The notes: generated by a model not told the origin, from the sequence alone. Counted from the first letter of the whole stretch, positions 50,236 to 62,548 are shown. The stretch: DNA of 63,719 bases, filler included, from Octopus bimaculoides (GCF_001194135.2; 5 parts of 5 records of this genome joined end to end with filler, not necessarily neighbours in it), one strand, 5' to 3'. A program made the numbers and translations.

Positions 50236-50400
50236 GTCTCTTTTTCTTTCCATAACTGCTACCTCCCAGTCTCTCTCTCTCTCTCTATGTGTATCTATCA
50301 CACAGTCTCTCTCATTCTTTCTCCCTCTGTAACTTCGTCCTCTGTCACTCTCACTCTCACTCTCTCAGCCTCACTCACTCTTCCTATTTCTCTGTCTCTT
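49490..50400. repeat. (CT)n-rich low-complexity tract
   Basis: Direct inspection; explains the L/S-rich 267-aa ORF. Confidence 0.9.
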
Positions 50401-50461
50401 TCTCTCCCTTTCTCACTTGCGTCATGGATCAGTCAGAACCAAACCAAAGCATAACTGGAAA

Positions 50462-50578
50462 CAGGAGAGTGGGAGGCAGGAGGAGAGTAGGAGGCAGGAG
50501 AGTGGAAGGCAGGAGGAGAGTAGGAGGCAGGAGAGTGGGAGGCAGGAGGAGAGTAGGAGGGAGAGAGTGGGAGGCAGA
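50462..50578. repeat. 33-bp purine-rich minisatellite (~3.5 units)
   Basis: Unit CAGGAGAGTGGGAGGCAGGAGGAGAGTAGGAGG. Confidence 0.85.
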
Positions 50579-51402
50579 TGAGAAATGTGTCAAGAGACTG
50601 CATCATCCCAATACAGCTCCACTGCACCACCTAACAAACAACAATAATAAGACACAACAACAACAACTACAACAACTCACCCCTACTTAAACTGTGTCAG
50701 TCTATTTATGTTATTATCTATCAATAGAAAGGTTCCCCCCCCCCCACCAAGAAAGTCTAATGAGAGAAAGCGAGAGGGTGAGTTGGAGTAAAAAGAATAG
50801 GGGTTTTCTACTGAAGACAGTGTAGACTGATAAGACTATCACACATACACACCTGCAGTCATAGACATATAGGGTTACTTGTACAGGTACATATGCTCAC
50901 ATACATACCTATATACATTGGCATACATACACACAAACACAAACCTCTCATAGACACACACAAACACAAACCTCTCATAGACACACACACACACACAGTG
51001 ACCATACATGTTATCTACCTAACCTATCTATCTATCTATCTTTCTATCTATCTATCTATCTATCTATCTAATTATCTATCTATATGTGTATATATAAGTG
51101 TGTGTGTGTGTGTGTGTGTGTGCGTGTATGCATGCATGTATGTATATGTATGTACTTATAGATGTGTATGTATGTGTGTGTGTATATACATATATAAATA
51201 TTTAAGTCATAAGCAGCCACTCTAAGAGTAATACTCAAGATTTACTTTTGACTTTCATATGATAAATATTTATCTACTCTACCAAATGTATTGAGTTCTA
51301 AACCAGATAATGTTTGCACTATGGAAAATACATCATTGATATACTTTACTAATCTTACATTACTATATTTATATACATATATATATATCCAACATTTAGT
51401 AG

Positions 51403-51443
<41 letters not shown>

Positions 51444-51446
<3 letters not shown>

Positions 51447-51915
51447 AACTCTCCTGGGTGGTTTTGTTGTTTAAGTTGGTGAATGCTGCCATAATCCTTG
51501 CCTTCAGTCCATCTTTGGTGTTACAAGGAGTTTTGCTGGTCTCTGGTTCAACTGCATCCCACACATAATAATCTGGGGAGTTAGCTGGCCAGATGTTAGG
51601 GGTGATGTGGTCACAGAGATTGTCTGACAGATTGACTGGGTTCTCCAGCTTGTGTGGCATGGGGCAGAGTCCTGTTAGGGGACATAGGGTTTTCCAGCAG
51701 TCACCCTCTTGACCTAGGGCAGCACTATCTCCTCCAGGCACTTGATGTAGGCCTCTATGTTGATTCTGAGGTAATGTGGGAATTTGAATGCAGGCATAAC
51801 GTCGCCATCACTAGTGAACACTCTAAACACCATGATGTTGACTGGATGGTTAATTTTTATCACTCTTGGTACATGTTCTCAGATTGACTCCCAAACACTC
51901 TGAAATGTGTGTATT
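51444..51915 (-). mobile_element. DD37D (maT) internal fragment lacking TIRs
   Basis: rc ITPNIWPANSPDYYVWDAVEPETSKTPCNTKDGLKARIMAAFTNLN. Confidence 0.8.
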
Positions 51916-52301
51916 GGAATATGTTGTTGTTATTTAACCCAGGTCATTTCCTAATCAACCAAACTTATAATCAAAAGCATCCCAGCCATGACTATCCCAA
52001 TTTTTTCTATGCAGAGAGAACTCAGAACTATATAGTCTAATGTTGCCTTTATTTTTAAGGTAACAAGGGTGTAATTAGAGGGAGATTTGACTGTTATTTG
52101 TTACAAGCTTAGCAACCATATAGATGGTTTCTCAATGGTTTGGGTTAATAAATGTGTGTGTGTTGTGTATGTGCATGTGTATGTGTGTGTATAGTATTTG
52201 TGAATGTTTGTTGAGTAAACTATGTCTGCATATAACTACAACTGTGATGATATGAGTGCTTGTGTATATGTGTGTATTTGTGTGAGTGTGTGTGTGAGTG
52301 G

Positions 52302-52332
<31 letters not shown>

Positions 52333-52897
52333 TGTGTGTGTCTTTGTGCTTGTGTGTCTTTGTGCTTGTGTGTTAACAATTGCATTTATAAAATTCATAA
52401 AATTACGAAATTTACAAAAAATTCAGATTTAACCTTTACCTCACAATTTCTAAAAATGTTTCTATTTTATTTTATATTTCATTCAAATTATAGTTTTTAA
52501 TTTAAAAAAAAAATCTAAATTTTAAGTCATTAATGGACTGGATTAATCTTGAAAACCCCTGAAAGAAAGAAAGAAAGAAACAAACAAACAAACAAACAAA
52601 CAAAGAGGGAAGGAAGAAAGGAGGAAGGAAGGAAGGGAAAGAAAAAGAAATAAAGAAAGAAAGAAAGAAAAGAAGGAAGGAAAAGGAAAGGAAGGAAGAA
52701 AGAAATCAGAAATAACTTTGATTGCAAAACAAATTCAAGCCGAGCCAACTTGTTGGAGACCTTGGAGTAGACAATGAGCGAAATGGTTGGATAATATCCA
52801 TAGTTTCATATGGTCAATGGTTATTCTTGGGAATCCAGCAAGAATGTTTAATACGTGTTTTATATATGAAGTATATAAAAATACTTCGTTTTATATA

Positions 52898-53205
52898 CAA
52901 GGTATCAAAAAGTTTGCACACTAGTTCTGTAGCATGCCAACAGATGGCAGCACACAGTTGAGTACACAGTGAGAGCTAGCAGTGACCTTCATGAGGTAGT
53001 GTGCAGAGTGACATTGCTGCGTTTACTTTGCAAGTTGTGAAGTTTGTGTTTTTTCTGATCAGATGCCTACTGTAGTCTGTGATTTTGTCATGGACAGAAA
53101 GTCGGAACAAAGAGGCAACATGAGATTCTGCATTAAACTTGGGAAGTCTGTTACAGAGACATTGAGCAAGCTTCAGTAAGCTTAAGGCAATGAGGCAATG
53201 GGTCA
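52898..53205 (+). mobile_element. 5' fragment of an irritans-like mariner
   Basis: TA|CAAGGTATCAAAAAGTTT end; ATG at 53090 gives MDRKSEQRGNMRFCIKLGKSVTETLSKLQ. Confidence 0.6.
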
Positions 53206-55005
53206 TACACAGGGCCAGATTAAGGCCCATAGAGGCTCTAAGCAATTAAAAGGTTTTGGTACCTTCAAGTATACGTAAATGGTTCAAAATGTAAACAATA
53301 ATAAACCATAAAATAAATATTTATTTTTCAAAATGAAACAGAATTAACAGTAAAATGGGAAACAATGTTTATTTTTGTATTCGGGCATACATACATACAT
53401 ACATACATACATGTGTGTATGTATGTGTGCCTTTGTGTTTGGTCCCCCTGTACACTGCCTGACAACCAGTACTGGACTTGATTTCTTCAACTAAATCCTT
53501 CCAGGCAGTTCACCAGATCGGTTGCAATTCAATGAATAAAATGAGTATAATCTAAAAGCTAGAAGGCGGTTGACAGGGTCCTTTGTAAAACAATATTCAG
53601 TGAGTGAAAGGAAGCACTGAGCCATAGTTGAGGACCATTCCATTGCATGAAGATAAAACCTTCACTGGTAGCACTGGTGACATTGGAGGTACAGGTGGCA
53701 CTGCTGATGCTGGTGGCACAATGAGATAAGAGACTCACTATTTTCAAATTATAATCTTGGCTGGATGGTAGATAAGATGGTTGATTGGTTGGTCAGTTGG
53801 TCAGTCGGTCGGTCAGTCAGTTGGCTGGTNNNNNNNNNNNNNNNNNNNNNNNNNNNNNNNNNNNNNNNNNNNNNNNNNNNNNNNNNNNNNNNNNNNNNNN
53901 NNNNNNNNNNNNNNNNNNNNNNNNNNNNNNNNNNNNNNNNNNNNNNNNNNNNNNNNNNNNNNNNNNNNNNNNNNNNNNNNNNNNNNNNNNNNNNNNNNNN
54001 NNNNNNNNNNNNNNNNNNNNNNNNNNNNNNNNNNNNNNNNNNNNNNNNNNNNNNNNNNNNNNNNNNNNNNNNNNNNNNNNNNNNNNNNNNNNNNNNNNNN
54101 NNNNNNNNNNNNNNNNNNNNNNNNNNNNNNNNNNNNNNNNNNNNNNNNNNNNNNNNNNNNNNNNNNNNNNNNNNNNNNNNNNNNNNNNNNNNNNNNNNNN
54201 NNNNNNNNNNNNNNNNNNNNNNNNNNNNNNNNNNNNNNNNNNNNNNNNNNNNNNNNNNNNNNNNNNNNNNNNNNNNNNNNNNNNNNNNNNNNNNAGTCAA
54301 TTGTTACTTTAATTATGTAATGGATGTAGGGGTGGGAGAAAGAAATCAAACTAGTTTGAACTTTGCAACAAAAGTTTTAGTAACTTAACAAAGCAAAAAT
54401 AAATTACAAAAAAAAAAAATTTAATTATATTTTTTTTTCCTTTAATTAAAAGAAAAAAAATCAAGAATTTTATCTGGAATTAATAATATTTCCTTAAACA
54501 TTACTTGGTCAAAAAAATAAATAAATAAAGCAAAATTGCTAAAATAGAAATAGAAAAATTTTAAATTAGAAAATAAAACACTTAATGGAAAATTGCTAAA
54601 TAATATACAACTGATTTACATATTATGTTAATGACACTAAAATATTCCTAACATAAAAAAGTGGCCCACAAATTTTGGAGGGAAAAATCATCACCATCAT
54701 CATCATCATTATCTTCATCTTCATTGTTGTTACTTTTGTCATCATTATTATTATCAACATCCAATGAAGTTTATTTTCTAACCATGAGGCCACAGGTTCA
54801 GTCCTACACATGGCACCTTGGCCAAGTGTCTTCTGCAAGAGTTCTAGGTCAATTCCTATTATTATCAACATCATTGTTTCAAAATCAAATTCTCCATGCT
54901 TGCATGGGTCAGCTGAAATTCACTATCGCACATTTTTTATGGCCAAATGCTATTCCTGCCTCCAACCCTCACCTATTTTCAAGCAAAGTAATATTTCCCC
55001 TAATT

Positions 55006-55275
55006 AAGGCAGCGAGTTGGCAGAATCGTTAGTGCAGCAGAATTGTTAAGGTGGTGCACTGGCAGAATCGTTAGCACGCCGGGCGAAATGCTTAGTGGTA
55101 TTTTGTCTGCTGTTACATTCTGAGTTCAAATTCCACCGAGGTCGACTTTGCCTTTTATCCTTTCACGGTCGACAAATTAAGTACCAGTTATGCACTGGAG
55201 TCGATGTAATCGACTTAATCCCATTGTCTGTCCTTGTTTGTCCCCTCTATGTTTAGCCCCTTGTGGGCAATAAGA
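55006..55275 (+). mobile_element. SINE family B with a duplicated head
   Basis: Two successive TGGCAGAATCGTTAG heads, then GTCGACTTTGCCTTTTATCCTTTCACGGTCGACAAATTAAGTACCAG. Confidence 0.8.
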
Positions 55276-55305
55276 AGGTGAACATTAAATAATGATGATG
55301 ATGAT

Positions 55306-55405
55306 NNNNNNNNNNNNNNNNNNNNNNNNNNNNNNNNNNNNNNNNNNNNTTAATTAATTAANNNNNNNNNNNNNNNNNNNNNNNNNNNNNNNNNNNNNNN
55401 NNNNN
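55306..55405. other. Scaffolding spacer N44-TTAATTAATTAA-N44
   Basis: Identical construction to the other three spacers. Confidence 0.9.
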
Positions 55406-57364
55406 AGGAAGCAAGGAATTCATCTTTAAAAATAAACAAAAGATTTTCAGGAAAATTTTATCTTAATTTGCTTTGTGAATGTGTGCGTGTGTGTGTCTGC
55501 TTGTATGTACTTGTGTGTGTGTGTTTTGTGTGCGTTTGTGTGAGTATGTGTGGGTGTGTTTGTGTGTGTGTATGTGTGTTTGTATGTGTTTGTGTGTGTA
55601 TGTGTGTGTGTGTGATTATGTGTATGTATGTGTGTGAGATTGCGAATATGTTTTGTGTTTTTGTGCTTGGAGGGTTATTGTCCATGGGAGGAGGTGGGGG
55701 TTAATGTCCTAGACTCCTTGCAACAGAGTGGGGGTCTACTGAAGGTATTTGAGGTACCAGGTGGTGGTGGTGATGTAAAACCTGGCAATGGATTAAGGTT
55801 ACCACTTCATGTAGGCCATGGTGGGATTTGAACTTGGAACACAAAGAGCCAGGAAAATCAAATACTGCCAAGGCATCTGATCTGATGTTGTTAGTTGGTC
55901 AGTAGCAGGAAATGGGAAAAAAGGAAAACCCCCACTATGGTTTTGAGAGGTCATCATCTCAGGATGTGGAAGAATTCATAACTGCCCCCCTCCCTGCCAG
56001 CCCACCAGATGTTTGGTTAGTAACATCTGGAAGTTGACATCTGCAGGGGGTAACAAAAATAAAATAAAATAAAAATGCGGGGCAGGAAATGAAATTTCAA
56101 AGGGTTGAAGGAGTAGAGAAGAAGAAATAGGGGTTTTCCGTGAGTCAATATCTTGGCATGTGGCCTTGTAGTTAAGGTGTTGCATTCATGATGACCAGAT
56201 TACGGGTTCAATTACTGGACTGGTTTTCTTGAGCAAAACACTTTATTTCACATTGCTCTAACAGTGTTTCTCAACCATTAAAGCTGTACAACTTAAGGGC
56301 ACATCCGTGTCCCCTGAAATAGAATCCGTGTGGGGGCGTGTGAGAGGGGGGGGAGGAATGTGGTTTAGGTAAGTGTGGAAACACCTGCTTCTAGGAGTTC
56401 AAACTAGTGTAACCCATGACGACATGTAGAGGAGGGTGGAGTGGGGTGGGGTGGGGGTTACAGGGATGGTGGTGGTGGTTGAGTGATCATAGAGGAGAGG
56501 GAGGGAGGGGAAAAGGGGAGGAAGAAAACTGAATAAAAAAATATAAAACAAACAGGTTCATGTGAAAGGGAAGAGGTGTGATGATGCTGTAAATGATGGT
56601 GATGATGATGATGATGATTGTGATGGTGGTGGCGGTGGTGGCGGTGATGTATATGTATTAACAGAGGTGTGAAAGGCAGGAGAGAAGAGTAAGCATGTGT
56701 GTATGAGAGAGAGGGAGCGAGAGAAAGAGTATGTGTGTGTGAGAGAGGAAAGGTGTGTGTGTGTGAATACGTGATAAAGCATGTGTATGCGATGATGCAC
56801 GTGACGTGAGTTGTACTCGTGTGTGTGTGTGTGTGTGCGATGAACTAAATGTGTAATGTGTGTGTGTGTGTGTGTGTGCTTGAGAAAGAAAGGAAGGGTG
56901 ATGTGTAGGCGTAAAAGAATGTTGATGTGTGATGTGAGAGGGAGAAAGAAAGAGAGAGAGAGAGAGAGTGAAAGAAGGGGAGAGAGGGTGAGAGAGATGG
57001 AATCAATGCTGGACCGAGGAACCTTACATTATTTGTCCCCACCCTACCAGAATATTTTGACAGCCCTTACATATTTCCGTCTTCCTCTCAAACAAAACAA
57101 AACAACCCCCACCCCCACCGATTAGACAACCCAGGAGGAAATACAGGGAAATTGCAGCAGCCAGCTGGAATTGATCCAGTAACTTCACATTGTCAATAAA
57201 CTCCTGACCTTTTTAATTCACTATATCAACATTATTTCTATTTTGATAGAAGATCAATAAATGATTGGAACCAGAAGCTTCGGCTGGGAACAGCAACTGG
57301 TTCAGTTGGCACCTTACAGACCAGAAATCAGTACCTTTTCCGGAATAGTCCAGTTTCGATTTCT

Positions 57365-57810
57365 GTCCATTTATCCGGGGCTGACCAAAGCCTTGTGAAT
57401 GGATTTGGGAGACAGAAACTGAAAGAAGCCCGTCATATATGTATGTTTGTATTTGTGTCCATGTTTGTCCTCCTACCATTGCCTGACAACCGATGTTGGT
57501 GTGTTTACGTCCCTGTAACTTAGTGGTTTGGCAAAAGCGACTGATAGAATAAGTACTAGGCTTACAAAGAATAAGTCCTGGGGTGGGGTAACTTGTTCGA
57601 CTAAAGGCAGTGCTCCAGCATGGCCACAGTCAAATGACTGAAACAAGTAAAAAAAAAAGAAAAGAATACACATGACAGGCTTCTTTCAGTTTCCATTTTC
57701 CAAATCACTCACAAGAAGACACGTGACCAAGGTGTTGCGTAATGGGACTGAACCCACAACCACATGGTTGGCAAGCTAACTTCTTGGCCACACAACCCTG
57801 CCTGGGCCTG
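57365..57810. mobile_element. Head-less SINE family A (+, 57365-57660) next to an inverted family A 5' fragment (-, 57675-57810)
   Basis: GAAACTGAAAGAAGCC on + and GGCTTCTTTCAGTTTCC ~250 bp downstream. Confidence 0.7.
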
Positions 57811-58123
57811 TCTGATATATCCTTGTGTACCCCACTTGTATTTCCATCACTGACAGTGCTTATGTAAACATTAATTAAACAAACTATGACAAAAAAAAAA
57901 GACTAAGAGCTATTAATTGCTCAGTGACCACAGAGAACCCCTTGGTGGGGTTGGGGGCAGTGGTGGATTGAACCCTGCCTTACAGGTAGGTTTGGCTGGC
58001 CACCTTTGAGATTATTTCATTTTGATGCATCACTGCAACTATCACTGTTATTGCTACCACCATCATAACCAGAACTCTCACCACCACCACAATCATTGCA
58101 ACCATTACCATCAGCCATACCCT

Positions 58124-58210
58124 AACTCTCACCATTCCCACTACATCTCCTATTATAACTCTCACCATTCCCACTACATCTCCTATTATAACTCTCACCA
58201 TTCCCACTAC
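58124..58210. repeat. 33-bp minisatellite (~2.6 units) in the septin intron
   Basis: AACTCTCACCATTCCCACTACATCTCCTATTAT at 58124, 58157 and 58190. Confidence 0.9.
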
Positions 58211-58301
58211 GTCCCTCCACCACCGCAATTCTCACTCTTATCCTCCCACCAACGCCACCGTCACGTGGAGAACGTCTGAGGAAAAGAAACCGGTGACTTA
58301 C

Positions 58302-58395
58302 CAAGTACCATGAGGGTAAAATCAAATCCACGTTTAACTGCTTTCCTGTGGACCTGTTCAGGTAGGGTAGCAAACCCAATGTATTCTTCTTCATC
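58302..58395 (-). CDS. Septin (SEPT2 group; Drosophila Sep4 / vertebrate SEPT4-5-like), N-terminal exon
   Basis: Acceptor TGTTTTAG and donor G|GTAAGT; 94 nt. Encodes [31 protein letters not shown](G), the conserved septin segment just before the GxxGxGKST P-loop. Confidence 0.93.
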
Positions 58396-58896
58396 CTAAA
58401 ACAGAACAAGAAATAAGCAAAATTAACGTTTGTATTGTGAATAAGAAGGAAATAGAATTAACGTTTGTATTGTAAACGAGAATGAAGACAATTAGTTTGC
58501 GTTGGGTAGTCTTAACATTTAAGGCTTACTCTCCCAACATATATGTTAGTATTGGGTCCTTAGATACCATATTCTTTGGCATGAAAGACATATATTAGAT
58601 GTACCCCGATTTCAACCTTGCATATTCAGAAAAAAAAAATGTGTGCAACGCATTAAAGCGTGTAGGAAAAGTGCATTTTTACATTGTCAAATAAGACGGA
58701 TTTTTTTGTTTTTACTATTCCACCCGTTTCATTTTGAAGGCGTGAAATGAGGGACTTCCGACGATTTTGATTCGTTTAAAACACTTTAACCCCCCCCTCT
58801 CCCCCAACCCCCCCANNNNNNNNNNTTCGAAGTGAGACGGGTGTAATGGTAAAAAATTACCTGTCCTATCTATCTATCAAGTTTATAGGGAATCAC

Positions 58897-58911
58897 TTGT
58901 CTTTTAGACAT
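58897..58911 (-). CDS. Putative first coding exon of the septin (MSKRQ)
   Basis: CAGC-ATG TCT AAA AGA CAA|GTGATT; phase 0 matches the next exon; resembles the SEPT2 N-terminus MSKQQ. The donor is weak. Confidence 0.4.
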
Positions 58912-58914
58912 GCT

Positions 58915-59100
58915 GGAAACACAAGTCTCGAGAGAAGAAAACGTCTTTGGATGAAAAAAGTCAAAGGCTGAGCAGACTGCGACTTTCTTCAGCCAATGTT
59001 TTTTTAACTTAATCTTCTACAAACTATTATTTACACAATTTTAAGTTCCACTGTTAAAATTAAAACACAGTTGTGAAGTAAATAATCTTCACCTTTCCAA
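58915..59100 (-). promoter_or_regulatory. Possible septin promoter / 5' region
   Basis: CCAAT motif at ~58992, upstream of the putative ATG, within CpG-retaining unique sequence. Inference only. Confidence 0.25.
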
Positions 59101-60298
59101 ACAAATTGCTAATAATTCCTACGTGTATATGACCCCCCCCCCCATCTCCTTATACAGGGTGTGGTAGAAAGGTTGCCCCGATTTCAAAGTTTTAACCTTT
59201 GAAATCGTAGCAATCTATGTGCATATCGAAATTGGTTACGTCAATCAAGTTATGTGATTTAATAGCCAACGCTGAGAACGTTGGATATACTTCGTTTCTA
59301 TTTTACAATCATGTCTTTATACGCTTCCACTTAAAATATATGTGCCTGTTCCAGATCTAGTTACTTGTTGAAAACTTGTCATAACGATGAGACACCCTAC
59401 ACACGCTCTACCTTTTGTATACTTCCCCCTCTTCTTTGTAGACTCTTTGTGACATATCCCAGCACAGAGAGACAATTTTTCGTATCACATTATCAATACG
59501 TCTCGCTCTTAAACAACCAACGACTGTTTTCTAGTTAGAAAAGGTGACGAACATTTTGTGTACTTTTAAACTATTCTTGATTCAAAAACCTGTCTGTCGT
59601 TTCCCGATAATTAATAATACACAGGGAAAGACTTCTATTTGTATCCCCAACCCCACATTATTATTATTATTATTATTTTTTAATGTTTTTTTACACAAAC
59701 CCTCGTTTTCGGGTACGGAGATTACGAATCTGGAAAAAAAAAACATTGGCAAAAATCGGCATTTCAAAATTTCAATCCCCTCCCCCACCTCCAATTTCTT
59801 CATTTTTGACTCTTTTCAGAAATTTGTGTTTTGCAAAATTATGTGGAAAAATACGGAGATTCGTATGTGGGAGTCAGTTGTTGGCGGAAGTGAAGTAAAG
59901 GTATTTAATTAGTTGAGAATAGATCTTTTCTGTTGAACGCGTTTGCTAATTATTGATTACAAGTTTGCTTGACGAAGATCGAAGCTTAATCAAAACAACA
60001 AGGTCGTTTAATCGATTGAAAACTGAAGTGAAAGAGTATCGGATGTGTTAGGCGTATGAAAGGTAATGAGGTAGACAGATCGATTCACTAACAAAATAAT
60101 TGGCCAATCACAGATTTGATCATTGAACCTATTTGACTCAGGATATAAACTAAATGTATGCGCGTGTGTAAACAGGATACTGTAAAGCGTGGCACAACAC
60201 GTAACCAAAGGTTGGGCTCAGTAGGTGCCACACTCAACTCCAGTATCTACGACATGGGGCATCAACCTCGGGATAAACTACTTTGCGGAATACGAGCC

Positions 60299-60574
60299 AA
60301 ATAATAGAAAGAATAAAGCAGAAATCAGGTATTGTGTACAGTGCTTTAAAGGACATACGAGCGTTTTAACAAAAATGCCGTAATGATTGCATAATAGTTG
60401 TAGAAACATTTACAAGTCTTGCAATTTATTTCATCAGCGGGACACTGATAAGGTGAGTTGTTAGATGGCGTAATGTTTCTACAACTGTTATGTAATTTTT
60501 ACGGCGTTTTCATGAAACACGTGTACGTCCTTTAAAGCCTTGAATACCATACCTGCTTTCTGCTTTTATTATTT
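60299..60574. mobile_element. Fold-back element with ~110-bp imperfect arms and a Kolobok-like TTAA|AGG...CCT|TTAA core (60350-60531)
   Basis: AATAAAGCAGAAATCAGGTA...CTTTAAAGGACATAC...AGTTGTAGAAACAT is mirrored on the right arm. Confidence 0.7.
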
Positions 60575-60584
60575 AAATCTATCG

Positions 60585-60675
60585 AAGGCGGCGAGCTGGC
60601 AGAAGCGTTAGCACGCCGGGCCAAGTGCTTAGCGGTATTTCGTTTTTCTTTACGTTCTGAGTTCAAAATCCGCTG
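60585..60675 (+). mobile_element. SINE family B head, all CpGs intact
   Basis: AAGGCGGCGAGCTGGCAGAAGCGTTAGCACGCCGGG...GCTTAGCGGTATTTCG. Confidence 0.8.
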
Positions 60676-61126
60676 AAACTGCTACTCCGTACATCAGCGG
60701 GTCCAGTGGATGTTAACTCTGCTCAGCAGAAAAATAAGTACCATTCTAACAAAAAGACTATATACTACTAAACAGCAGCAAAAATCCGAACAGGTTTCCA
60801 AGTGGCGAAATGATGATTGCTATCTCTGGAAACTTTCAAATTGCCACCAAAAAAACAAAACAAGATTTTACCAATATTTTATACAAATATTTTGCAAAAT
60901 CTCTTTCTCTCTCTCGCACACACACACACAAAGTTTGCTATTAAACACCTCCGGCTTCATTATAACATCATTTTTCACTAATATAAATTTTTAGAATAAT
61001 TCTTTCATATTTGCATTATTTTTACTTTAGATTTTTTAAAACTTCCTTTCATTATTTTCATTGCTTCTATTAAATTCTATGTTCATTTTTATAGCGTATA
61101 ATGCATGTTATGTGTTATATATATAT

Positions 61127-61167
<41 letters not shown>

Positions 61168-62448
61168 ATTAGATATTTCATTCAAATTATTTCTATTCTA
61201 TTTTATTACATCTTCTTACACGCCTTATTATTTCCTTTCTTGTATCTCCATTGTTTTTCCTTGTTTCAATACAATATTTCCCTTTGTTTATTTTACATTC
61301 CTTTTATCACAGCCTATTCTATATGATATTTAAACTTCACAGCATCATATGCTATTTATTAAATATATTATATTGGCGTCTTCTATTATATTACATATAT
61401 ATTATACATATTTGAAATTTCATTCAATTTTTCTATTCATTTCACTTGATTGAATTTTATAGTGAATTCATTGCCATTTCGCAGAAACATACGGATATGT
61501 GTGTGCGTTACAAACTTGTCGGTGTATATCTGTGGTTATATCGGGATATGTTTAGCAACAGATAGGTCTTCGCGGATGCGTATGAGTTCATATTCATGTA
61601 TGTAGACGTCACCACTGCAGCACAGTGCAGGTGTCTCTCCAGGCCACTTCTTTGCTATTGAAAATGACATTTTCCCCGAAGGGATTGGACCTCGGACCTC
61701 GGCGTTTGCGAATCGAACTTGTTAACAATTCGGCCACAAAGCGCACACGAACACGCATGCATGCGTGCACACATTCCTTTCAAATTGAGTCTGCAATGCA
61801 CGTTTGCTTCAGCCGTATCTATATGCACATCAACACTTGCAAGTGAGTGTGTGTGTGGGGGTGTACGTGTGCATGCATGTCGATGTCTGTATGATGCCGA
61901 ACGCAATGCAAAGTGTATTATATATGCATGCGAACGGATCGGGTGTATAACGGGTGTTTAATTGCGGAAGTGTATAAGGAGGGTCAGACTGCAGTTGAAT
62001 AAATTCTCTTGCAATATATAAATATATATACGTATGTATAATGTGTGTGGCTGTGTATGTGTGTGTGGGTGTATGTGTATCTGTATATATGTATGTGTGT
62101 GTGTGTATGCGTTCTATATCTATTAAATGCATGCGTTAGAGAGACAGAATTATAGCATATAATAAAAATAACCACATCCCCCCCCCCGCTGCTGTCACCG
62201 CCACCTTCTTCCAAACGAAGCTGGCAGTAGTGGCGGGGTGAGAAGAGGGAGGTGCTCATACAGTGTTGCTGCCATTAAAACAATGGAATCCTCCTAGCAA
62301 TAACGATTCCACCAGGATAGACACACACATATGCACACACACATACGCACATATATAAAACTGCAGGCGTTTGAAGCGCTCTCTCTCTCTTTCTCTCTCT
62401 CTCTCACACACTAACTCACTTTCCAATCTCTTCCCACTACCCCTGTAT

Positions 62449-62548
62449 NNNNNNNNNNNNNNNNNNNNNNNNNNNNNNNNNNNNNNNNNNNNTTAATTAA
62501 TTAANNNNNNNNNNNNNNNNNNNNNNNNNNNNNNNNNNNNNNNNNNNN
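62449..62548. other. Scaffolding spacer N44-TTAATTAATTAA-N44
   Basis: Identical construction to the other three spacers. Confidence 0.9.

Noticed and set aside
712-54388. Long ORFs consisting mostly of X (for example 15802-17346, 42635-43321, 44347-45135, 53765-54388)
   Set aside because: They are open only because they cross N gaps.
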